This document shows, piece after piece, positions 45,818 to 54,518 of a stretch of 63,792 nucleotides of DNA; the first letter of the stretch is position 1, and each line of letters starts with the position of its first letter. Source of the DNA: Fimicolochytrium jonesii (Eukaryota); the NCBI RefSeq assembly GCF_025526975.1, contig NW_026515673.1, positions 1,054,001-1,117,792 of the forward strand. The letters are read 5' to 3'. The notes under the pieces are model-generated. The model was not told the origin of the DNA. It searched no databases and saw only the letters and a list, made by a program, of their open reading frames with translations. A program made the translations under genes and the position numbers.

Positions 45818-48800
45818 GCGGCGGCGGCGGCGGCGTCGAGTTTGGTGTGGCCGCAGAGGAGGTGCTACGGGGACAGAGGAAGGCTTGTTGGGGTACGCGC
45901 TGTGGAAGTCCTGGAGGAGTGCGTCGGTATGGGTGAGGTGTTCCACGGGCTCCCAGGTGTTCTGGGAGTCAGGCCAGCCCTGCCATTTGACCAAGTACTG
46001 AAGGCAACAACAATGGATGCGAGAGTCAAGGATGGCTTCGACGACCCACTCTTCTTGACCCTCAACGGTCTCTGGGGGCGCGGGTTCAGGTTCGTGTCGT
46101 TTGGGGATGGTGAAGCGGGGTTCGAGGAGCGAGACATGGAAGACATCGTGGATTTTGTACGTAGGCGGGAGCTTGAGCCGGTAGGCGGCGGGATTGAGTT
46201 TTTCAACGATGGGGAATGGCCCAATCTTGCGATGGTCAAGTTTCTGAGAGGGCCGGGTTGTCTGGAGGTTTTTGCGGAGGAGCCAGACGTGGTCGCCAGG
46301 CTTGAAGTCCGGTCCAGGAATTCGTTTAGCGTCGGCGTAGCGCTTCATTTGATCTTGGGCTTCCTTGAGCTCGACGGGCGAGCTGTTCATGGACTTCCCT
46401 GATTTGTTTAGCGCGGGCTTCAGCGGCGGGGTTGACGGATTCGGAGGTAGCAGAGGCCGCGAAACTGAAGCGGGGGTGGAGACCCTTGTTGGCGTAGAAG
46501 GGGGTGGTCTGGGAGGCGGACTGGTGGGTGTTGTTGTAGGCGAACTCGGCGGACGACAGAAGCTGTTTCCAGTTGTCCTGTTGGTGGTTGCAAAAGCATC
46601 GGAGATACTGCTCCAGGATCTGGTTGGTGCGTTCCGTCTGGCCATCGCTCTGGGGGTGGAAGGCCGAGGAGAGGTTGGCTTTTGCCCCAAGGAGTTCGAG
46701 AAGTCGACGCCAGAACCGGGACTTAAACCGGGGCCTCGGTCAGAGATGACGTCGTCGGGGAGGCCGTGGAGACGGATGATGTTGTGGAAGACTAGGTCGG
46801 CGGTGGATTCGGCGGATTCTGACTCGCTGCAGGCGATGAAGTGGGCCATCTTGGTGAGGCAACAGTTGACGTTCAGGATGGAGTCGTACCCGTCCACGGG
46901 AGGCAGACCGGTGATAAAGTCCAGGGACCAAGATCCCCAAGGGCGGGTAGGGATACTGTTGGGCTGGAGTAGGCCATATGGTTTGTGTCGACTGGATTTC
47001 GCTTGGCTACAGGTATCGCAGGACTTGACGTAGGCCTTGACGAAGCGCCACTGGCTGGGCCACCAGTAGTTGCGGGAGGCGAGTTCGAGCGTCTTGGACA
47101 TCCCAAAGTGGCCGGCTAGGGGTGTATCGTGCATGTCGTGGCAGACTTCAGCTCGGAGCTTGTTGGTGGGGACATAGACCAGGTTATCGTGCAGCAGGAT
47201 CCCATCTTCATCTGAGAACCGCTTGATACGATCTTGGGTTTCCTCGGTTCGTTGGGCGAGGGGTATCTTGAGCTTTTTCGCGAATGGTCTTAGCGAGGGG
47301 ATCAGAGGCCTGGGCGGCCTTAATCTTGTCAAGCAGCGTGGTATCCATGGGTGTGAGGTAGGCCGCGGCGAGTCGAAGGCGTTCGGGAGTCAAAATTGTG
47401 GTTGCCTGGGAGCGGAACGCTTCTTCCCCCTCTTTTAGCTCATGTTCGGAGCGTCGGGAGAGGGCATCGGCTTGGTGCTGCTGGGAACCGGGGCGATAGG
47501 TAATGACAAAGTCAAAATCCGAGAAGAATATCGACCAGCGGGCTTGGCGGCGGTTCAGGGTGCGGGTGGTCATGAAGTACTGAAGGTTTTTATGGTCGGA
47601 GTAAACGGTGATCTTGTGACGGGCGCCAATGAGATGGTGTCGCCACTGGGCAAAGGAGTCTTGGATGGCCAGAAGTTCCTTGTCGTAGATCTCGTAGTTG
47701 ATCTCTTCGGCCGTGAATTTGCGAGAGTGGAAGGCCACGGGGTGGAGCTGATTGTCCTGGTCAGGTTGGAGGAGAACTGCGCCAAGAGCGAAGTCGGAGG
47801 CGTCAGTTTCGACGACGAAGGGCTTCTCTGGGTCAGGGTGAGCAAGGATGGGGGCGGTGGTGAATGCTTTCTTCAGGTTCTCGAAGGCGGTGTTTGCGGC
47901 GGGTGTCCAGGCGTACGGGATGTCTTTCCGGGTCAGGGCTGTGAGCGGGGTAGCGATCTTGGAATAACCTTGGATGAATCGGCGATAGAAGTTGGCAAAG
48001 CCGAGGAACCGCTGGACGCCTTTGACAGTCTTGGGAGGTTCCCAATCCGTGATGGCAGCGATCTTCTTGGGGTCCATCTGGATGCCTTTCTTGGAGATGA
48101 TGAAGCCTAGGAACTCAACGGATTCGCGGTTGAATTCGCACTTCTCTGGTTTGGCGTACAACCCATGCTGTCGGAGGCGGGACAAGACTTCGCGGACATG
48201 TTTGGGGTGATCTTCGGGGTTCTTGGAGAATATCAGGATATCGTCGAGGTAGACGACAACAAACACATCGAGAATGTCGCGGAAGATGTCGTTCATCAGG
48301 TACTGGAAGACGCCAGGAGCATTGCTGAGTCCAAAGGGCATGACATTGTATTCGAATAGGCCGTAGCGGCAGCGGAAGGCGGTCTTCCATTCATTGCCCG
48401 GGCGCATGCGTAAGAGGTTATAAGCCCCGCGGAGGTCGATCTAGGTGAGACGGCGGGCGCCGCGCAAACGATCCATGATACCGTTGATCAGGGGCAGGGG
48501 GTAGCGATTCTTCACCGTGATGCTGTTCAGGCCTCGATAATCCACGCAGAGGCGGAGAGAACCGTCCTTTTTCTTCACAAATAAGACTGGCGCACCGGCA
48601 GGGGACTTTGAGGGTTTGATGAATCCTTTGGCGAGGTTTTCTTCGAGGTATTCGCAGAGTGCCTTCATTTCTGGTTCGCTGAGGCTGTAGATCGGGCCGA
48701 AAGGTGGCTGCTTGCCTTCTTCCAGATCGATTGGACAGTCGTAGGGCCGGTGCTCTGGGAGAGTGTCAGCATTTCTCTTTTCGAAAACGTCCGCGAAGTC

Positions 48801-49728
48801 TTGATACTCGGGGGGCAGGGAAGTCTTTGATGTCTTTCTCGGGTGTCAGGGGGTTACTGGGGCTAGGCGAGGCCGGGAGATCGGGTTTCGCAGGGTTGGC
48901 GTAGGCGACAAAGACCTGGTCATGCCTTGCTGCGACCTGGAAGGCTGGGGCGGAGATGAACGAGACTCGGAGCGGCGTGGGAGCTGGTTCTGGGGTGCTG
49001 GAGCGAGATACCTTGGGTACTGGAATCGACCATGTTTCGTCAACGGGGACTTCATCCTGGGGGATGCGGATCAAGGGCTCGGGGGTTCTGGCGGGTGCTG
49101 GGCTCGGGGGTGCTGGAGAGTTGTCCCAATTCGCGAATTCATGGTACTGACAGTCGCAACGGAAACCGACCGAAAGGTTCTTGAAGTCAAGGTTAATGTC
49201 GTGGAGGCGGAGCCAGGGGAGACCAAGGAGGATTGGAGCATGGGGTGATTTGGTGACATGGAAGACGAGTTCTTCGAAGTGGTCGTCGACCCACATGCCT
49301 ACTGGTTGGGTGTGATGGGTGATTGGCCCAGCAGAGCTGGGTTGACCGTCAACGAGTTCGATCGTCAGTGGACGCTGATGCGGGACTAGGGCGATGCGGT
49401 GTTTGCGGGCAAAGTCTCTGTCGATGAAGCAGGACAGGGCACCGTTGTCGATCATGGCTGAGGTAGGTATTGGGGCGCGGCTGGATGATACCATGATGGT
49501 AACGGGGTAGTTGAAGGGTTCGACGGGACCCAGCGCAAGCATGGCGCGGGGGTTAATTTCGGAGTTTTCGACATGGGCAGCGGCTAGGAGGGTTGTGTCG
49601 GCTATAACGGAGTCGGGAACCAGGGGGGTGGCCTCTCCCGTTGCAGGAGCTGCGAGGTTAGGAGGCCCGGGGCGGTGTGTGTTGTCCAGTCGCTGGGGCT
49701 TTACTGCGGCTGGACTTTGGGAAAACCC
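45815..49728 (-). pseudogene. pol: pol polyprotein (PR-RT-RH-IN-chromodomain) with an in-frame stop and frameshifts
   Basis: [69 protein letters not shown]; chromodomain VEAILDSR..YLVKWQG..TWEP. TAG at 48441-48443 and frame breaks near 48815, 47260 and 46725. Confidence 0.94.
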
Positions 49729-50699
49729 TGTTCAGTGGAGGGTTCTTTGATGTCGACGTTGGCGGCACGGGTGGTGGTCTTGTTCTTGACGGGGCAGACT
49801 TTTGCAATGTGCCCCACGCCACCGCAGTAAAGGCAGAGGTTGTTGGAAATGCGGCGTTGGCGTTCCTGAGGGCTCAGAGGGCCGCGGGGACGAGCGGCGT
49901 CAATCTGCATAGGCTCGCTGTGGTCGACAGTGGTGGTAGTAGTAAACGAGGTGTGGGGAACCGGGAAGGTCTGGCGGCTTCTGTTTCGCTCCAGGCGGCG
50001 CTCAAACAGCCGGTTATCGCACTGGATAGCCTGCTCCATCACCACATCAATGGTGGCCGCAGGGGGCATTGTGAGCATCAGGTCTTTGACGTCTTCTTTG
50101 AGGCCACGGCGGAAGGTAGCAATCAGGGCCTGGTCGTTCCAGGAGACATCGCATTGTAGCTGGCGGAACTCAGCGACGTACTCGGTTGCTGCACGGGTTT
50201 GGCGAAGGTTCTGGAGCTTGTTTTCAGAGGTGCGGACCCTGTCGCTGTCTCCGAAGACCGATTGCATCTGACTGATAAAACTATTGAAGTCCTGAAGGCT
50301 GTGATCTTGGCGTTCGACTAGGGGCGCCATCCAGGCTTGCGCAGTGCCGGTGAGGTAGGTGCCAATAGTTTGGATCTTGATGATGTCGCTGGGGTAGCGG
50401 TCGGGCTGGAGAGCAAACATCAACCGGATGTTGTTCAACCACCCACGGAATTTGCTGCGGGTACCATCAAACTTCTCGGGCGAGCTGATTCTTGGCTCCA
50501 GAGCAGGGTTGGCGACTTGGGGACGGGTGTACGTATCGGCTTGAACCTGGGCGGCGATGCTCTGGGCAGCTTGTGCGTCGGCTTGGGCTTGCGCTAGGTT
50601 GGCCTGCAAGTTGGTGTTTTGGCTTTGCAAGGCGGCGATGGCTTGGCACATATCGTTCCATTGCTTGGCGGTGAAAGGTACGGATTCGGGTTGGGACAT
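49701..50699 (-). CDS. gag: gag (capsid plus CCHC zinc knuckle)
   Basis: 332-aa intact ORF: PEKFDGTRSKFRGWL, LRQ..ATEYVAEF, FRRGL, EPMQID, CLYCGGVGHIAKVC. Confidence 0.95.
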   Translation of the reverse strand: MSQPESVPFTAKQWNDMCQAIAALQSQNTNLQANLAQAQADAQAAQSIAAQVQADTYTRPQVANPALEPRISSPEKFDGTRSKFRGWLNNIRLMFALQPDRYPSDIIKIQTIGTYLTGTAQAWMAPLVERQDHSLQDFNSFISQMQSVFGDSDRVRTSENKLQNLRQTRAATEYVAEFRQLQCDVSWNDQALIATFRRGLKEDVKDLMLTMPPAATIDVVMEQAIQCDNRLFERRLERNRSRQTFPVPHTSFTTTTTVDHSEPMQIDAARPRGPLSPQERQRRISNNLCLYCGGVGHIAKVCPVKNKTTTRAANVDIKEPSTEQGFPKVQPQ

Positions 50700-50756
50700 G
50701 GCGAAAAAGGTTTGTCGGATGCAGGGCTGGACAGGTTCTGAACTTCGCAGTGTTGG

Positions 50757-50768
50757 AGCAGATCAAAC
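50757..50768 (-). other. Primer-binding site, non-tRNA (self-priming type)
   Basis: Minus strand GTTTGATCTGCT directly after the 5' LTR. It lacks TGG and is complementary to AGCAGATCAA within the LTR (50904-50895). Confidence 0.75.
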
Positions 50769-51319
50769 TGTTATGATCTCGACGACGGAGGCGGAAGCGA
50801 AGTAGAGAAGACAGGGCGAGTGTGATAGGCGACAAGAGATTGTATTGGCGAAACAAGAAACAAGGACTAGAACAGGAGATGAGAAGAACTGGTGTTGATC
50901 TGCTGGGGAGGAAGGGAATGGACGAAGAGAGGCCGGCTATTTATAGATAGGCAACCCAGCAGATCAGAGAACAACAACAACAAGAGGGGACTGGGGGGGC
51001 GCCAGCTATGCTCCTAGAGCGTGCGTGGCGAGCGTAGAGAGCATTGCTACAGCTGCTGGCTATGGGGAAGTAGTGGGGGGTGTGGAGAAGCCAAGGGGGG
51101 ATTGGCAAAATGAGAGGAGAGAGGAGGAGTGGCGATATTGCAAGAGGATTGGCGAAATGAGAGGAGAGAGGGGGAGTGGCATTGACATTGACATTGACAC
51201 TGACATTCACACTGACATTGACACTGACATTGACATCGACATTGGCGTTTGACATCTGGCGGTTGACATTGGCGGCTGTCAGTAGGTAAGCTTATGGTAT
51301 GGGCGCGTCGTCCATAACA
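50769..51319 (-). repeat. 5' LTR (551 bp) with TATA box TATAAATA at 50945-50938
   Basis: Direct repeat of 45261-45802, located upstream of gag. Confidence 0.96.
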
Positions 51320-51900
51320 AGGCCTTGAAGCAGTTGATCTGTAGGTCGTGTAGGGTTCACTCGATAGGCGGCGTCAGTGTCCGTAGACCAGACTTCACAA
51401 GGTATCTTCCGGCGGGCGTAAGCGATAATCTGCTCGGCGAGGTGTTCAATATGGTCGAGATGACAGTCGCCAAAAACGGAGCGAATGATCCGATCGTTAA
51501 CGCTTGATCCATCTCTGGGCCAACTGTGGTCGTGAATGATTCTCATCTTATCAGGTTTGTTCGCCTTGGGTACCGCGCCCATCGGGTTGATGACGAAGTA
51601 AGGTGCGCGCATGGTATCGGTAGAAGAGAGCAGTGTCCGACGACCAGACGCAGCCTCCTCCAGGATGTTGTCCGTGACGTGTGTGTCTGCCGCCAAGGCC
51701 CACGGATGGTTGCGTGATTGGAATGCTATGTGCGCTGCTTTTCCGATGAAGAGAAAAGGCGTAAGAGTCGCTGCTTGCCTGCAAGCCTTTATTGGCCTGA
51801 GCGAGCAGCTGGCAACCAAATGGGTCACGGGGCTTCACGTGCACCCCACTTTATGGGCTGAGCCCATACCGATCGGCCTTCGGTGGAGTGAACTTTGGGG
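51320..51900 (-). mobile_element. Fragment of a DIRS/Ngaro-type (tyrosine-recombinase retrotransposon) reverse transcriptase, truncated by the LTR
   Basis: INPMGAVPKANKPDKMRIIHDHSWPRDGSSVNDRI..STDTDAAYRVNPTRPTDQLLQG matches the PxGxVPK..RxIxDxS.P..SVN..D...AYR..P..P.D..L.G pattern of these RTs. Right boundary uncertain. Confidence 0.75.
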
Positions 51901-52537
51901 GCCGATCCACGACTCTTGAAGCGACGCCTACTCTATAGGTCCTGTCAACCGGATCCAACCGGATCTCAGTCTCCCGTGTCTGGATCATGGGGTTCATATT
52001 CTTAGTGTTGAGGTTCAGCTTTTCCTCGGGGACCTCCTTACCTCCAGCAGGAGCTTGAAATTGGAGCCCTGTTTGTGCGGTCACTTCAGCCGGATAGTTG
52101 TAAACATATCCTGTTTGATCCGGGATAGGAAGTCCGCTCGTAGAGGTGGAGGTGCCAACCGAAACCGCCGTTCCCGGCCTCCTCGAAGGCGTAATGCGAT
52201 CCAGGAAAAGTTCCCGTTCGCGAAAACCCTTCTCAGCTTTTAGAAACTCCATAGCGTCTTTGTAAGCCCTGGTTTGGAGCTTAGCTGCGTTGAGCTTCAG
52301 CTCTTCAACTGAGGAGATGACCGTCTCGTGCTTTGGGTCAACATAGTTCTGTTTAGTTGCAAGATCCCGCTGATGAATGTTCCTGTTCCATGCGTACTTC
52401 ACATTGGGACGTCCATACGCGTCGAGGTGACCATAGTCCAAAGCCTGTCCGATTTGTTGGCGTCGAAGATACGCAATGGACTTGGGCCGATTGACGCCCT
52501 GCGCCTCTTGATAGTTAGCCCTGTAAATCGCAGCCAT
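51851..52537 (-). CDS. Orphan 228-aa intronless ORF, possibly viral (its 3' part may belong to the DIRS fragment)
   Basis: Clean ATG-to-stop ORF with protein-like composition, lower GC than host genes, divergent from the next ORF across 66 bp. Confidence 0.55.
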   Translation of the reverse strand: MAAIYRANYQEAQGVNRPKSIAYLRRQQIGQALDYGHLDAYGRPNVKYAWNRNIHQRDLATKQNYVDPKHETVISSVEELKLNAAKLQTRAYKDAMEFLKAEKGFRERELFLDRITPSRRPGTAVSVGTSTSTSGLPIPDQTGYVYNYPAEVTAQTGLQFQAPAGGKEVPEEKLNLNTKNMNPMIQTRETEIRLDPVDRTYRVGVASRVVDRPPKFTPPKADRYGLSP

Positions 52538-52603
52538 TCTTCGTACTTTCTCAAGTGCTGAGAAAATATTCTATGATAGTATGCTAAGACAACCTAGCCC
52601 TCC

Positions 52604-52906
52604 ATGCCCAGTTTCCTTCAAAACGTCAAGACAAAAGCGCGCCATCTGTTTACCAATGCACTGTTGTACCTGAACAAGGCGAGATCGTTCGCTACGCAAG
52701 CCGTCAGGCATGCAGGGACAGCGCAGAAGTACATCACTCACGTTAACAAAGCTGTGCAAGAAAAACCAGAACTTTTCAGCAACAAAATACGCGAAACCAG
52801 CAATAAGATCACCACGGCTAGCCATGGGCGTCTGAAACAACTACAGAATCTGCATGGGCACACGGATGACTTTGTGGAGCGGCTGCAAGGGGGACCGATC
52901 GAGTAA
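52604..52906 (+). CDS. Orphan 100-aa basic amphipathic-helix protein, possibly viral
   Basis: MPSFLQNVKTKARHLFTNALLYLNKARSFATQAVRHAGTAQKYITHVNKAV: Cys/Trp-free, helical periodicity, intronless. Confidence 0.55.
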   Translation: MPSFLQNVKTKARHLFTNALLYLNKARSFATQAVRHAGTAQKYITHVNKAVQEKPELFSNKIRETSNKITTASHGRLKQLQNLHGHTDDFVERLQGGPIE

Positions 52907-53027
52907 GGAAAGAAAGAGTTTTATTGATGAGTTGGCTTTGAGCCAGACTATCTGCTGACTGTACAGCTCCAAGGTTGTACAGTTGGAGAAGTAGTGAAAG
53001 GAGTAAAATAGTTAGCCACCAGCGGTT

Positions 53028-53678
53028 CTAGATGACGGCAACCGTACCGCCGATCGATAGCGTGACGTTCTTGTGATAAGTGGTAAGCAAACAGACCCGT
53101 TGACTTGGCGCCTCCGTTGATTCCATCTCAACAGCGCCTGTTGATTCCTCCTCACCAGCTGAACCCTCAACAGCATCCGTCAATTCTTCCTCAACCGTTG
53201 AACCCTCAACAACAGCCGTAGAATCCTTGTCAACAACAGCGACTGTTGAATCCTGGTCAACTCCTGAACCATCTACCGCTGACTCCTTTTCCACCACAGC
53301 AGGCATTGGGCTCCTCTCCAACACAGCAAACGGTGAGTTCTTCACAGCTGCGACCGTAGAATCCTTTTCCACTGTAGATACGGTAGCAGCCCCCAACCCT
53401 TCCGCCGCACCCGTCCTCTCATTGAGAAACACAGCAGTGTCCGAAGTCTTGTTCTTGTTGAACCTACAGTGCTTGCTTCGAATGCTGGCGTGCGGAGGAG
53501 CGTCAAGAAATCCTGCTTTGATGCACCGGGGACAAGTAAGCTTCTTCAGCTGGTTCTGATCGACGGTTGGTATAGATTTACTGAGGGATGTCTGTGCTCC
53601 TGGGGCTGCCACGAAATCACTGTCGGAAGTCTGCAGGGTCTGATGAAGAGGGCTGACCGGAGTCTGGGTTTCAAACAT
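53028..53678 (-). CDS. Orphan ORF with a CxxC..H..C motif and acidic low-complexity repeats
   Basis: First ATG (MFETQ) at 53678; LTCPRCIKAGFLDAPPHASIRSKHC; repeated VEKDST/VDQDST/VEGST units; AATAAA on the minus strand near 52925. Confidence 0.45.
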   Translation of the reverse strand: MFETQTPVSPLHQTLQTSDSDFVAAPGAQTSLSKSIPTVDQNQLKKLTCPRCIKAGFLDAPPHASIRSKHCRFNKNKTSDTAVFLNERTGAAEGLGAATVSTVEKDSTVAAVKNSPFAVLERSPMPAVVEKESAVDGSGVDQDSTVAVVDKDSTAVVEGSTVEEELTDAVEGSAGEEESTGAVEMESTEAPSQRVCLLTTYHKNVTLSIGGTVAVI

Positions 53679-53682
53679 GCTG

Positions 53683-53817
53683 GAAAGTCTGTGTTTGCGA
53701 CGTTGGCACAGAGTTGTTGCGGGTGTTCGAAAGTCTGTGTTTGTGACGTTGGCACAGAGTTGTTGCGGGTTTTCGAAAGTCTGTGTTTGCGACGTTGGCA
53801 CAGAGTTGTTGGGGGTG
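53683..53817. repeat. 46-bp tandem repeat, ~2.9 copies
   Basis: Unit GAAAGTCTGTGTTTGCGACGTTGGCACAGAGTTGTTGCGGGTGTTC starting at 53683, 53729 and 53775. Confidence 0.92.
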
Positions 53818-54518
53818 GTGCATAAAGGGTAAAATTTTTGACCCTTTATATACTACTTTTTTTATCCGATAAAATCTGGATGGCACAGACCGGTGTCACA
53901 CAGAGATGTTGCAAGTCTGTGCGCACAGCTCTGACTTGGTTCCAATTGTAACTAATTGGCAGCCTATTGGGTCCGATCCCAGATTTAGAATCTGAGCCGT
54001 AATTGAGGCTGTTTGTCTCCATAAGCAGCGTATTGGACTCAAATCAAGGAATCAACTTTTCACCTTGTTGAGTGGAAATGGAGGCTTCCTAGGACAGTTT
54101 CAGACTCTCACCACTCCGTTGGACTTTTTTCCAAGCTTGACAGTTTTAAGCCGAATTTGAGACCTCTCTGGCTTGATATGGGGCCTATCCAGGGGGTTTT
54201 TTCCGAGATTCAGGTCTGAGGCCTGTTGGACCGGGTTTGCGGTTCAGATGAGGGTAAATAACGGTTTTTCAAAAGTGTAGTTAAATGGTGGCCAATTCTA
54301 TACTACTCGTTTGTCACCGCTTAGGCCGAAAGTAAAAGGGAAGCAATTCTCGACATCCCCGTATTCCAAACTCGTGGGAAATCGAGCCAAACTCGCTGCA
54401 ATCCTACCACCTTGTGTGTCTGTCTGTCCCACCGCATCACCGTTAAGGGTTATCATTAGGCTTCGGACGTCGTCTCCCTCCAGTTTACTCGGCTTCCCTT
54501 CTCAAAGTCCTCGACACC

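Larger units (their letters stand above)
45261..51319 (-). mobile_element. Full-length Ty3/gypsy LTR retrotransposon, chromovirus (Tf1/sushi-like), damaged
   Basis: Two ~545-bp direct repeats with TGTTATG..CATAACA ends enclosing gag, PR, RT, RNase H, IN and a chromodomain, in gypsy order. Confidence 0.97.

Noticed and set aside
53683..53817. CRISPR-like array
   Set aside because: Units are contiguous with near-identical linkers, there are no unique spacers or cas genes, and the context is eukaryotic.
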